A stretch of DNA of 64,000 nucleotides from positions 11,852,248 through 11,916,247 of the forward strand of contig NC_052163.1 in NCBI RefSeq assembly GCF_902713615.1, in the 5' to 3' direction. The notes under the pieces are model-generated. The model was given only the letters and a program-made list of their open reading frames with translations, was not told the origin of the DNA and searched no databases. Within the stretch, counting starts at the first letter, position 1, and each line of letters opens with the position of its first letter. The DNA comes from Scyliorhinus canicula. Its lineage: Eukaryota. The translations under genes were made by a program, and so were the position numbers. Shown here in pieces: positions 24,143-39,100 of this stretch.

Positions 24143-27100
24143 AGTAACCACACTGGAGGATGGGGTATGCGACGACAAGTGAAGGAACGGCGATATATTT
24201 CCAGGTCATTGTTATGGGCCAGGGTTTAGAGAACCCCAAAGTGCATCATGGAGTTCACCTGACCCACAACTTTAAATAGATTGTGGTATGGGAAGCACAT
24301 GGCCCACTCTACACGTGTGGTACAGCAAAAATGGACCAGTATTTTAAAAAACAAAATAATGTTTATTCTATGAACTCAAGTTAACCTTTTTAAAACAAAC
24401 AGTGAATATCTTAGCAACCATTAATTCAAAGATAACCCCCAAAGAATACAACACTAAAGTAATCCTTTAAGCGGTCCTTTTAACATCCAAAAGACTTAAC
24501 AAACCTTTAAACAGGAGCACATTAGGTTCACATTCACTACGGAGAACATTTATAATTCTGAATTCACCCAAATGATCCAGAGACAGTCTTTGGATGGCAG
24601 AGATCAACAGGACAGCTCTTTAACCTCAGCTGCAGCTCACTGGAAAACCCAGACACATAGAACATAGAACAGTACAGCACAGAACAGGCCCTTCGGCCCT
24701 CAATGTTGTGCCGAGCAATGATCACCCTACTCAAGTCAACGTATCCACCCTATACCAGTAACCCAACAGCCCCCCACATTAACCTTATAAAAAAAAATAT
24801 TTATTTTTTTTTAAATAAAAAGAATTAAAAAAAAAAAAATTCTTTTTTTTTTTATGACTTGATCTTGGTGGGCCGCATAAAGACCTTTGGCGGGCCGCAT
24901 GCGGCCCGTAGTTTGCCCACCCCTGGTGTAGAGCTTAGAGTGTTGTTGGAGCTGCACTCATTAAGGCAATTGGAAAGTATTCAATCACAATCCTAGCTTG
25001 TATTCTGTAGATGGCAGACAGGCTACTGGGAATCAGGTGTCGAGTTGCCCAGCGCAGGATACCTGGCCTCTGACCTGCTCTCATAGCCACAGCATTTATA
25101 CGGCTTGTCTAGTTCAGTTGCCTGTCAAATGATAATCACCAGGATATTGATAGTGGTGGATTCAGTGGTGGCAATGCAAGTGAACGTCAAGGGACGATGA
25201 ACATTGCCTGGCACTTATGTGGTATGAATGTAACTTGCCATTTATCAACCTGGATATTGTCCAGGTCTTGCTGCATTTGGACAAGGACGGCTTCATTATC
25301 CAAGGAGTCACAAATGGTGCTAAACATCGAGTAATCATCAGCGAACATCTCCACTTATGACACGCCCAAGCTTTTCTCAAAATGAAACTAAAAGGCAGAA
25401 CCAGAGCTCAGCTCCACCCACACTCTGACATCACTGCAGTAACATGGGCAGCTAACCATTTCTTAAAGCGACATTCTCATGACATCAGGATGGCGTGTGG
25501 CTTTGAGCAAAGTTTGCAGGTGGTGGTGGTGTTCCCGGTTATCTGCCACCCGTCTCCTTTTAGGTAGCGGTCGTGGGTTTGGAAGGTGCTGCCAAAGGAG
25601 CCTTGGGTGAGTTACTGCAGTGCATCTTGGGAGACAGTACACAAAGCTGCCACTGTGCCGATTGCGGAGAGTGTGAATGTTTAAAAGGTGATGGATGAGG
25701 TGCTGATCAAGCAGCCCATGTTAGCAATAAAAGGCAAAAAAAAAATGTTTTGTTTACACTGGGAGGTACAAATTCAGGAGATATACCCAGATTCTAAACA
25801 ATCCCGTCCGGTAACCAAGGCAGCATCATGAGGGAAAAAGAGAAATGGCAATTTCGGACGAGAGGGAGTCTCTGACTAACCAGGGAAGCAGAGATTTATC
25901 GGTTAAGTACTGGCAAATTCAACATGGAGCTCGATAGTGTTTTGGAGGAAAGAAGCAATAGAGTTATTAGAGAATGTTTAGATAGTTGCGGCTGTGGACG
26001 GAGATGGAATTAAATTCCAATTACTGAACGCAGCGGAATCACTGGACCCCATAGGGGGAAAAACTGGCCGAATTAAAGCTGGTCCAATCCCAGCCTACAG
26101 CAAGAGGGATTAGTGAAGTTTCCACTTACCTTCTAACACACGCTGGTACAGCTTGTCACAAACATATTCAACAGCAGGGAAATTCAAACCACTCTGCAAC
26201 TGCACGATAACCGTACCGTAATCAGAAATCTGAGACACAAAAAGAAGTGGGTTAGGATTCCACTGCTTTCAGCCTCCTCACAGCTCATTAATCTCCACAG
26301 GTATGCAGCATAAAGGGTTAAGCGACGCAAGTACAAAATGATTTATGAGGTGTCATTTTGGATTGATAGCAGCGAGTGTTAGTTTGTTTTTGGAAAAATA
26401 TTTTACTGAGGCGTTTAAATTTTAACGCAATGAAGAGGAACACAACTCCAAACCAGCCAACATGGCTATACGTTACCAGCTCAACAACTACAATTCCCCA
26501 CCGACCTGCCCCCACCTTACCCAACTCCTCCACTTTTAACCCCCCCCCCCCCCCCCCCAAACTGCTGGCAGCTTAATTTTTCCCAAAGTCGTCGCTAAAT
26601 GCTGCCTCCCCCGGGCTAATTCTTCCACTGAGCCCCTGAAGCCCAACTTTATTTTCTCTAGCCTGAGAAACCCCCACCATGTCAATCACCCACACCCCCA
26701 ACTTTGGGGGGTCCGAGTCCCTTCATTCTAGCAAGATCCGTCTCCGGGCCACCAGGGAGGCAAAGGCCAAGGCATCGGCCTCTCTCGCCCCCCTGGACTC
26801 CCGGGTCTTCTGACACACCAGAAAAAAAATCACCACCTCTGGACTCATGACCACCCTCACTTTCAGAACCTCCGTCGGCAAACCCCTGCCAGAATCCCCC
26901 CCAAGCTTTGGACACGCCAAGAACATGTGGACATGGCTCGTGGGCCCACCCGCACATCGCCCCCATCTACCCTCCACTCCCTCAAAACATCTGCTCATCC
27001 TGGCCACAGTCATGTGCACCCTGTGGACCACCTTGAACTGTAGAAAGCCAAACCTTTCAACGAGGATGCAGCCCAGCCTCCCAACTCCCTACCCAACTCT

Positions 27101-30100
27101 TCCTCCCATTTACGCTTCACCTCCCCTATCGGGGCTCCCCTCCAGTCCATCAGTTCCTTACATGCAGTGGGTGTTAGTTGACGAACAACGTTTGTGACCC
27201 TCCTCTGAATACAACGCTGCTCTGTTGGGAAAGCAGTGTAAACGATGAACCAATTACTGTGCTGTAGATCTCTGACCATCCCCAGATTGTTGGTGTAAGA
27301 TCATAGAATTTACAGTGCAGAAGGAGGCCATTCGGCCCATCAAGTCTGCACTGGCCCTTGGAAAGAGCAGACCCAGGGAGAATGTGCAGACTCTGCACAG
27401 ACAGTGATCCAAGCCAGAATCGAGCCTGGGGCCCTGGAGCTGTGAAGCAACAGTACTAACCACCGTGCTGCCCCAAGATTATCAGGTTACTAACTAGAAT
27501 ATTAAATGGTTAAATCTAGCATTATTGGAAATCAGCATCCACCCTAGTTTTTGATTAACAGACTTCATACTATCCTCCAGAAAAAGTGCATCCGAACAAA
27601 AAAGAGAGACTATTACCTTAATCTCGGGTCTGGCGATGTTAAAAAACAGGATTGTCCCAGACAAAGCAATTCCAGCCAGAATTCCATATTGAATTTCCCA
27701 AAAACAGCCCAGGAATGATGCCAGGAAAGGCAGCAGGTCCAACCCTGGAGAAAACAAGCAACAAAGCAGAGGCTGATTGGACGTCCCGAGTTATTCCACC
27801 GTGCAAAACCCAGCACCCAGGGAAAGGTTGCAGTGAAGAGAGAGGACACTACACATTTCAACCACACGAGGGCAACCTCCAACACTGCTTAATAAGAGTG
27901 GCTGCAGGGAAAAGCTGGCCCGAGGGACACAGAGACTTGCATTTATATAGCACCTATAGTCATGCCACTAAAGTGCAATTACACTGTGCTCTTACAGTTG
28001 TAATGTCGGAAATGTGGCCCCTAATTGTGCACAGCAAGCTCCCAAACACAGCCACATTGACCAGATAATCTGTTCTTGTGATGTTAACGGAGAGGTGGCT
28101 ATTGGGTCTGGACACCTGGTAGAACTCCCTCGAAATCGCACAGTGGGATCATCTACCCACACCCCAAGGGGAGCTGGGCCTGCTGCCCCCACCCCTGTCC
28201 TGGCTAGATTAGGTGCTCGTGCGTTTGGAGTGGGGCTGGAATTTCGGACATTCCCACTCCGGACGTGGAGTACGATTCCCGAGCCGAGACCAAGAGGCAA
28301 GTTCGCCTGCCAAGCAGAGAGATTGAGAAAAACGGTTTTATCTGCACGGCAGGAGATTCAGAAGCCACAGCGACCAGATGAAACGCATCGGGGCGTGACC
28401 AGAGTAAAACACGCCGACACCTACTGTTCACCCTCCAGAGCGTGACGACGATCTTCAAGTCAAAGACGGCGGAGACGGCGCAGATGATCACAGCTGCCAG
28501 AGCTGCTTTCGGGATGTAGAAGAACAGAGGAGTGAGGAAAGCCAGAGACAGCAGCACAACAACACCTGGGAAAAATAAATCAAAGAACGTGCACCGTCAG
28601 ACAACACAGTGGAAGGACCGGAGACAAACTCTGGTTGATGGGGCGGCAGGGCGGCGCAGTGGTTAGCACTACAGTCTCATGGCGCCGAATGTCATGGGCA
28701 GCACAGGTGGCTAGCACTGTGGCTTCACAGCGCCAGGGTCCCAGGTTCAATTCCCGGCTTGGGTCACTGTCTGTGCGGAGTCTGCACGTTCTCCCCGTGT
28801 CTGCGTGGGTTTCCTCCGGGTGCTCCGGTTTCCTCCCACAGTCCAAAGATGTGCAGGTTAGGTGGATTGACCACGATAGATTGCCCATTGAGACCAAAAA
28901 AAAAGGTTAGGAGGGGCTATTGGGTTCCGGGGACAGGTTGGAAGTGAGGGCTTAAGTGTGTCAGTGCAGACTCGATGGGCCAAATGGCCTCCTTCTGCAC
29001 TGTATGTTCTATGATCCCGGCTCTGGGTCACTGTCCGTGTGGAGTTTGCACACTATCCCCGTGTATGCGGGGGTTTCGCTCCCACAACCCAAAAGATGTG
29101 CAGGGTTCATGGATTGGCCACGCTAATTTGCCCCTTAAGTGGAAAAAAAATGAATTGGGTACTCTAAATTTATATATAAAGAAAAACACATTACTGACTC
29201 ACCAGTGGCTATTCCTCCAGCGGGGCTGCGCACACCAGTTTGCGAATTCACAGCAGTCCTAGAGTTTAGAAAAAACAGTTTAAGTTACAGCAGAAACTAC
29301 AGGCAGTGGGATCTTCAGCTGTGACACTGACCCCTGACGCAGTGTCACCAGTGATGGGCAGCTTACTCCAGTTGACACATCGGACCACCTACTGCGGTCT
29401 TTGCTGCTGTTATGGGAGAGGTATATTCAGAACCCCAAAATGTATCATGGAGTTCAACCAACCCCCCCTTTAATGGATTGTTGCTTTTGAAGCACACGGC
29501 TTGTTCCCCAGGTGTAGTATTACAATTATGGACACGTGGGTTTTAAAACAAAACACTGTTTATTCCATGAACTCAAGTTAACCTTTTAAATAAACATTGG
29601 ATCTCTTAACACTCCTAACTTCAAAGATAACCCCGAAAATAATACAACACTACCCAATCCTGCAAACTATTCCTTCACACATCCAAAAGACTTAACAAAT
29701 CCTTCAAACAGAAGCACATTAGATTTATATTTAATACTGAGGCCTTTTTACAATTCCGATTTCACCAAAGGATTAAGAGTTAGTCCTTCATGGCAGTGAT
29801 CACCAGCAATGCAGCTCATAGCCACACCCAAGCTTTCTTCAAACTGAAACTAAAACTCCCCAAAAGGCAGAAGTGAGCTTAGTTCCCTCCCCCCCCGTGA
29901 CATCACTTCAGTAATAGAATCAGCTTCATTTCTTAAAGGTACATTTCTTAAAACGTCCAATTCTTAAAGGCACTCTCACATGGCACTGGCGGAACAGCTG
30001 AAGGTTCATTCTCCTCCCACTGGTCCCCAAAACAGAGCTCTGTTCCCCACTCTTAACCCCCCCCTCCCCGCCCACAGTCAGTGCTACCCATATCGCCCCA

Positions 30101-33100
30101 CAGCAGTGGTTAGCACTGCTGCCTTACAGTGCCAAGGACCCAGGTTCAGTTCCGATCGTGGGTGCGGAGTCTGCACGGGTTTCTTCCGGGTGCTCCGGTT
30201 TCTTCCCACAGTCCAAAGATGTGCAGGTTAGGTGGATTGGCCATTATTACAGGGATAGGGCAGGGGAGTGGCCCTAGGTAGGGTGCTCTTTCAGAGGGTT
30301 GGTACAGACCCGATGGGCTGAGTGGCCTCCTTCTGCACTGTAGGGACTCTGTGGAACCCCCCCCCCCCCAATGTTCCTTTTGTGCCAGTTTTACCTGACA
30401 CCGCTATCTACCTGTGGGCTGAGGGGAACGGGGATCAGTTCCGATGGTTGGTGATTGAAGTTTTCCATGGTTAAACCCGCGCCAAGAGTGGGAAATCTCC
30501 AAATTCTGGCCAACCTCCTTGCCCATTCCCCACACCTCTCCCCCCCCCCCCCATCCCAAAAAAAACAAAACAACTACACCCCCCCCCCCCCCCCCCCCCC
30601 CTCTCCCTCTAATCCATCACTCACCCACCCGCCAATCTCCAACTGTGACTTACCTTCCAAAACTCCCGGTTACTGGGTAGGATGAAAGAAAAGAGCCCAG
30701 AATGTTCGCACTGCCTGAAATCCAAAACAAGACATAGTCAGAATGGAGTCACAGCCAAGGGTCAGTCGGTCTGTCTGTCTGTCTGTCTATCCCAGGGTAG
30801 GGAGAGTGGGGACACAGGGTAGGGGCCCACTGATTCCTGTAGAGGGTTAAAAAAGAAACCAGGGTCAAATCTGGAATCCCCAAATATCAATCACTGTCCG
30901 GAGCAGCAATGGAAGTCAGTTCAGTGTCACCGGTTCCAATTCCTCCCCCGGAAGATACAAGATCTATTTTTAGGGTTTCTGTGCTCGACCGTCAATCAGT
31001 CGGTGTTCATTCCACAAGGAAGTGGGTGTGAGGAATTTAGAATCTACTCTGAAACCAGCCGGTTCCGATGTCGATGGAGAGTCACTCCAGCTTCTCGGAG
31101 CGCCTGGGTACAGTTCACCTTCCCTTCAATCCTAGAGTTTCAAAATTCAGAAACTCAACAGAACAAACGCTTCATCTTAGCCAAGATGCCGGGGGGAGGG
31201 GCTGGAGGGAAAACAAACTCTTTTAGGCACACCTATTGAGGGAATAAACGATCACCCAGGCATTGGCACCAAGTTCACTGCTCCCATAGTGGGGCTGGTT
31301 TAGCACACTGGGCTAAATCACTGGCTTTGGAAGCAGACCAAGGCAGGCCAGCAGCACGGTTCAATTCCCGTACCAGCCTCCCTGAACAGGCGCCGGAATG
31401 TGACAACTAGGGGCTTTACACAGTAACTTTATTGAAGCCTACTCGTGACAAAAAGCGATTTTCATTTCATTTTTTCATCAATAAAAATGCCCAACAGCAG
31501 ATTCTTGAAACAGGGAAGTGAATAAACAACCTTTCTCTCCCCTCTCCCCCCTCCCCTTTTATCAGCTGGGCAACATTAATATAAACAGCCACTCTTACCT
31601 ATTGCAATGAGTTCCTGATTCGGGTCAATTCGGTAATTGTTCTGACTGGCTGCAAGAGACAGAAAACCCATCAAAGTGAAACTTCTGCTAGCCACCAAAC
31701 CCCCCTGGGTGTTAAGAGCTTCTGAAGGCTTTTAGCTTTTATAGGTAGAGGAATTGAGTTTCGGAGCCCTGAGGTCATGTTGCAGTTGTACAAAACTCTG
31801 GAGCGGCCACATTTGGAGTACTGCGTGCAATTCTGGTCGCCGCATTATAGGAAGGATGTGGAAGCATTGCAAAAGGGTACAGAGGGTACAAGGGTAGGGG
31901 AATGTCAACTGGACTTTAAGGCTGAGATTGACCGGTTTTGTTGGGTTAAAAGTGGGTGGGGAGCAGTGATGACCAATAGGGAGTCGAGGTGCAGGCCAGA
32001 CATGGTATAATGGAGGGATCGGAGGGGCTGAATGGCTTCTTCCCATTGTTACTTAATACAGCTTTGTCTCAGAGATGGAATAGGCCACGTAAATCAAGCT
32101 GGCCTGCTCGCAGCTTGACAACAGGTCACTTGTGCTGACGACTCACCAAAAGCTTTCGCTATCGCAATACTTTCCAGAAATCCAACCAGAGGCACCACAG
32201 CTAGTCCTGCGCCAAAGTTCTAGAAAGATCAAAGAGGGCTCAATAAATAAATATCGGGATCAATTTAACAGTCCAATTATGGATCATCCCTGCATTTTAT
32301 TCCAGAAACCTGGTAGTCATTTAACCAGTCAACTATTTATTTACAGAGGGAAACGTCGCAAGCATACACCTCTTAACTCGACCACACCTTCAGTAAGTCT
32401 CTCTTTATATATGCTCAAGTGAAATGCTAATTAATGCCACCAACCTGAATAATAAATCAATATGCAATCAAAACTCAGATATCCAAGCATTTAGTGGAAA
32501 ATGGTGCAGAATCTTGAAATTACATTATATTTACTTTCTTCCAAGGCGTCAGCTCGAAAACAGTTCCTTGGCGATCTGGATCATGCCAGGATTTTAGCAG
32601 TGAGCAGGGTGAAATCTACCTCAGCTGGAACAGGGATTAGACCCGGTGTTGCTGGCACTGATCTGATCCACGTGCGAGCAGACAAGAAAATGGAGTTAAC
32701 TGTTCATCCCAGCTTACACATTTAGGGTGCATCCTCGATTTCTTCACTGGTTAATTCACTTCACTCTGAATCATACTGTGGCTTTGTTGTGATCGTTGAG
32801 TGTTCAATAACAGCTGATTTAATCCGGACTGGGTTGCAAGTTAGAAACCTTATAACCGCATACAAGCTCCCAGTAAAACCCCAATCAGCGTTTTTAGTAT
32901 TATTGGGGGGGGGGGGGGGGGGGGGGTCAAGGAATTGGCCTGGGGAATGCACTAGAGAATGGCTGGCATCCTGACTGGTTTGAATAAGCAAAGCTTGCCA
33001 GTTAACGGTTAACCATCAGTTAACTGTTGCATTCTGAGGGCAGCACAATGGTGAACTGGTTAGCACTGCTGCCTCACGGCGCCGAGGACCCGGGTTCGAT

Positions 33101-36100
33101 CCCGGCCCCGGGTCACACTCCATGTGGAGTTTGCACTCCCGTGTCTGGGTGGGTTTCGCCCCCACACCCCAAAGATGTGCAGGGTAGGTGGATGGGCCAC
33201 GCTAAATTGTCCCTTGATTGGGAAAAAAATAATTGGGTCCTCTTATAAATTTTGTTTTTAAAAACTGGTGCTTTCTCCATGGCAACACCTCTAAGAGTCC
33301 ACTTGTCAGCCAATCAGCACTCTCTTCTCAAGAAATACAAATTGTTGTTCCCTTTGCATTTGGTGTTCTTGCGATAAGAGTCCAAAACTAAAAGCTTTTT
33401 TTAAAAAAATGTTTTTATTGGTTTTGCATACAACATTTCTGAAATAAATTTAAATATACAACAAACTGTCCAAAGACACAGTATAAACGTAGCAAAAACA
33501 GGGAAACAAAAGTGGTCCGGTCTAGATACATGCGGCCCTGTGGTATTAGAACATACAGGGATTTGCTCGGGGTCCCCCAGGTGCGCCCTCTTCTTGTTGC
33601 TGTGGACCCCCCCCCCCCCCCCCCCCCACCTAGGTTCTCCCCTTCAGTGCCCTTCTTCTCCCGTACTCTGGTAGGTGTCCCCTCCCCCCGTCCTTTATCT
33701 GATCCGGTCCAGTTCTCTCTCTCTCCCCCCTCCCCTCACCCCACCCTCCTTAATGGTTGCTGGTCATGAACAGAGGTCCTCGAACAGGTTGGTGAATTGC
33801 TTCCATCTATTGCGGGATCTCTCCTCCGATCCCGAAAGTCTGCGGCCCTGATCTCCAGCCGAGCAAGGGTCTCCGGCAGGCGATCAGGGAGACAAAGGCG
33901 AGGGCTGCTGCCCCTATCCGCATAAAGAGTTCTGGCTGTTCAAATATCCGGCAGACCACCACGTGGACCCGGTTCCACCCTCATCCCCACAACCCTGGAC
34001 ATGGACTCAAAAAAAAAGGTAGTCCCGTACCCCACAAGTCTGGGGCAAGACCAGAACATGTGGGCGTGGTTGGCTGGCCCTCCTTGGCACTGTTCACATT
34101 TGTCCTCCACCTCCAGGAACAACTCGCTCAGGCATGTTCAGGTGCGCCTTCCATTAGCGGTGTTACGCTCAGCCCTCTGCAGGAGGAGGTGACGTTCTCC
34201 CTCTGCAGTGCTTCAATCCAGAGTCCACCCCTTTCTCTAGAAGGCAAAGCTTTGGCATGTCTTCCCCCCTCCCCCCAAACAATACTCAATTGAATCATGT
34301 TCGATTTTGCCCAGGACTGCCTTACAGGTCAACCCTTACCTGAAGCATCTCAGTAAAGCAAATGGTCCCATTGGATGCAGAATCGGAAAAGGACGGCAGC
34401 CGGAAGGGTGGGAGGCCACGAGCCGTTTTCCCGGTCAGGGTGAACACGTGCTGATCTTGACTTTCAAAGCTGTAAGCGACAAGACTGGCAGCCACCACTA
34501 CCACAGCATTCCGGGCTGTAGAAAAAGCAGCATCATTACAACTAAACCCCAACAATGTGTCCTTAAATATAAAAGGGAGAACTCCACATCAAGTTGTTAC
34601 ACGTTTGTGCTTTCTTCCCTCTGCGCCTGTTTGGTTACTCACTAAAATATTCTGTTTCAATCGGTGTTGAAACCCCGTTCGATTCTTCCTGCATTTGTAT
34701 TTTGGCCTGAAGTTGACCGACAAAACATTACTCCTGTTTCCAGTGGGCAGCACGGTAGCATTGTGGATAGCACAATCGCTTCACAGCTCCAGGGTCGCAG
34801 GTTCAATTCCAGCTTGGGTCACTGTCTGTGTGGAGTCTGCACATCCTCCCCGTGTGTGCGTGGGTTTCCTCCGGGTGCTCCGGTTTCCCCCCCACAGTCC
34901 AAAGATGTGCAGGTTATGTGGATTGGCCATGATAAATTGACCTTAGTGTCCAAAATTGCCCTTAGTGTTGGCTGGGGTTACTGGTTTATGGAGATGGGTG
35001 GAGGTGTTAACCTTGGGTAGGGTGCTCTTTCCAGGAGCCGGTGCAGATTAGATGGGCCGAATGGCCTCCTTCTGTACTTTAAATTCTATGAATTCCTCAG
35101 ATCTCACATTCCACCCTACCCCACATTGCAGTTGGTCAGGGAACCTTGTGCGATTCTTTCACACGGACCGGGATCGCAAACTAACCACGCACAGACACAT
35201 TCCTCAACTCTCATTCCCTCCCCCCCCCCCCTCCTCGCCAAATTACACTTCTCCCATCCCTCAGCTCATGTTTTGAGAAAAGAACAGAAATAAAACTTGC
35301 CCTGGAAACACCGCAGAGGATAATAAAACCACAATATAGATTTTTTTTTTAAATTTAGAGGACCCAATTATTTTTTTTCCCCCCCAATTAAGAGGCAACT
35401 TAACGTGGCCAATCCACCTAACCTGCACGTCTTTGGGTTGTGGGGGTGAAACACACGCGAACACGGGGAGAATGTGCAAACTCCACACGGACAGTGACCC
35501 AGAGCCGGGATTGAACCTGGGACCTCAGCGCTGCAGTCCCAGTGCTAACCACTGCGGCACCGTGCTGTCCTAGCCATTTATATATTAATAGAATTGTCGC
35601 CAACTAAAAGCAAAATAAATATTCATACATTGGACACAGAGGGAAGTGCACAGCTCTTGCATTCGATGTTGTGAGCGATCAGCACGTGAGGGAGAACTTT
35701 ACGTGCAAACTTCAGTCATGGTGGTAGGGGGAAAAATCACATGGACGGAAATCACTGGAACGTGGCAACCCTGAACGTGGGCAACGGTCAATGAAGCTAA
35801 ATGGGCCGCATGTGGCCTGCCACTGGTTTACAGTAAGGAAACACCCAAGGAGTGTAGCTCATCAGAAATCTTACCTGGAGAGAGCACGGGCGAGAGCTCA
35901 AATGGACAGAAAGATCAGATTGCTTCAGAAATTCAATTCCTCATTTGAGGGAGAGGCTGGTTTCACAAGATTAGTTTCGGGAAATGGGAATTGCTGACTC
36001 GCCCATCATTGTGGCTACAGTGACATCCTTTCATAGTCACATGCACTAATCCGAGTAGCAAATGCCCTTCAAACTCTCAAAAAGAACTAGCACCACTCAG

Positions 36101-39100
36101 GAAAGCAAGGAATAAAAGCACCCACAGTTAAAAAAAAAGAAGAAAACACTTTCTCCTAAACTAGGGTTGCCAATTCTGCTTTGACATATTCCTGGAGAAT
36201 GTTTGGAGAGACACATGATCACATGACACATGAATTTGTTCATCGTTTACAAATGTTATTGCGTTTGTTTTAGCAAGTCCTTTAATATTCCTGGGCTCGG
36301 ACTAAAATTTTGACTTAATCTTAATTCAATTGCTCTCAAATCCCACAACGGAATTCCGGGGGATGAATTGCTCGAATCCTGGGGCAGGACACACATTACA
36401 AAGCGAGTTCCAATGATCACAGATCTGTAATGTTGATTGTTTTTCGCTCTCTCTCTCTCTATAGATACTGCCATACCTGCCGAGTACCTCTAGCATTTTC
36501 TGTTTTTTGTTTGTTATGTGCAGAAAATACGGAGGCTGGGGATTGAGGGTGATTTAGAGATGTGGATCAGAAATTGGCTAGTTGAAAGAAGACAGAGAGT
36601 GGTAGTTGATGGAAATGTTCAGAATGGAGTTCAGTTACGAGTGGCGTACCACAAGGATCTGTTCTGGGGCCGTTGCTGTTTGTCATTTTTATAAATGACC
36701 TAGAGGAGGGCGCAGAAGGATGGGTGAGTAAATTTGCAGACGACACTAAAGTCGGTGGAGTTGTAGACAGTGCGGAAGGATATTGCAGGTTACAGAGGGA
36801 CATAGATAAGCTGCAGAGCTGGGCTGAGAGGTGGCAAATGGAGTTTAATGTGGAGAAGTGTGAAGTGATTCACTTTGGAAAGAATAACAGGAATGCGGAA
36901 TATTTGGCTAATGGTAAAATTCTTGGTAGTGTGGATGAGCAGAGGGATCTCGGTGTCCATGTACATAGATCCCTGAAAGTTGCCACCCAGGTTGATAGGG
37001 TTGTGAAGAAGGCCTATGGTGTGTTGGCCTTTATTGGTAGAGGGATTGAGTTCCGGAGCCATGAGGTCATGTTGCAGTTGTACAAAACTCTAGTACGGCC
37101 GCATTTGGAGTATTGCGTACAGTTCTGGTCGCCTCATTATAGGAAGGACGTGGAAGCCTTGGAACGGGTGCAGAGGAGATTTACCAGGATGTTGCCTGGT
37201 ATGGAGGGAAAATCTTATGAGGAAAGGCTGATGGACTCGAGGTTGTTTTCGTTAGAGAGAAGAAGGTTAAGAGGTGACTTAATAGAGGCATACAAAATGA
37301 TAAGAGGGTTAGATAGGGTGGACAGCGAGAGCCTTCTCCCGCGGATGGAGGTGGCTAGCACGAGGGGACATAGCCTTAAATTGAGGGGTAATAGATATAG
37401 GACAGAGGTCAGAGGTGGGTTTTTTACGCAAAGAGTGGTGAGGCCGTGGAATGCCCTACCTGCAACAGTAGTGAACTCGCCAACATTGAGGGCATTTAAA
37501 AGTTTATTGGATAAGCATATGGATGATAAGGGCATAGTGTAGGTTAGATGGCCTTTAGTTTTTTTCCAGGTCGGTGCAACATCGAGGGCCGAAGGGCCTG
37601 TACTGCGCTGTATCGTTCTATGTTCTATACCGCAATGAGAAGCAGTCTCTCCTTCTCCCCATCGTTCAAATTTGTCTTCCCCTCAGTAATTGACATGCAC
37701 AAATCAGGAATGTTTCTTTCAAATCATCAAATATCGCTCGAGGGATCAGTCATTCTGGGAGACACTGGATAAGGAATCTCACAAAACCCAAGGTTTACAC
37801 ACTTGCACCACGTGTGTACAAGTACTGAAATGCCCAACAGTATCCAACCCATTTATTTCAAATGCAAAATGCAACTAGCCAACCTGCGATTGCTCAGTTC
37901 GTGACCAGAGCGCTGGTCAGACCCTGGCAGAAAAGTGGGCTTCATTCTGGAGTAGCTGCTGCTAAGCCAGACGTCCCGACTGCCGGCGAATGGGGAGCTG
38001 CCCCCTCCCCCAACACGGGCAGAGTGACTGGCGTGTGAATGGGGAGCTGCCCCCCCCACGGGCAGAGTGACTGGCGTGTGAATGGGGAGCTGCTCCCCTC
38101 CCGCCCCCTCACAAGGGCAGAGTGACTGGCAGCGAATGGAGAGCTGCCCCCCCCCCCCACCCCCCACAGGCAGAGTGAGTGGCGTGTGAATGGGGAGCTG
38201 CCCCTACAGGCAGAGTGACTGGCGGCGAATGGGGAGCTGCCCCCTCCCCCAACACGGGCAGAGTGACTGGCGTGTGAATGGGGAGCTGCCCCCTCCCCCA
38301 ACACGGGCAGAGTGACTGGCGTGTGAATGGAGAGCTGCCCCCCCCCCCCCCAACGCGGGCAGAGTGACTGGCGTGTGAATGGGGAGCTGCCCCCCCACGG
38401 GCAGAGTGACTGGCGTGTGAATGGGGAGCTGCCCCCCCCACGGGCAGAGTGAGTGGCGTGTGAATGGAGAGCTGCCCCCCCCCCCCCCAACGCGGGCAGA
38501 GTGACTGGCGTGTGAATGGAGAGCTGCCCCCCCACGGGCAGAGTGAGTGGCGTGTGAATGGAGAGCTGCTCCCCCACGGGCAGAGTGACTGGCGGAGAAT
38601 GGAGAGCTGCCCCCCCCACCCAACACGGGCAGAGTGACTGGCGTGTGAATGGAGAGCTGCCCCCCCCCCCAACGTGGGCAGAGTGACTGGCGTGTGAATG
38701 GAGAGCTGCTCCCCCACGGGCAGAGTGACATGGCGGAGAATGGAGAGCTGCAGAGCTGCCCCCCCCCCCCACAGGCAGAGTGACTGGCGTGTGAATGGAG
38801 AGCTGCCCCCCACAGGCAGAGTGACTGGCGTGTGAATGGAGAGCTGCTCCCCTCCCACCCCCCCCCCCCCCCCCCCCCCACCCCACAGGCAGAGTGACTG
38901 GCGGCGAATGGAGAGCTGCCCCCCCCCCACCCCCACAGGCAGAGTGACTGGCGGCGAATGGAGAGCTGCCCCCCCCCCCAACCCCCCCCACCCCCACAGG
39001 CAGAGTGAGTGGCGTGTGAATGGAGAGCTGCCCCCCCCCACGGGCAGAGTGACTGGCGGTGAATGGCGAGCTGCCCCCCCCCCCCCCAGGCAGAGTGACT

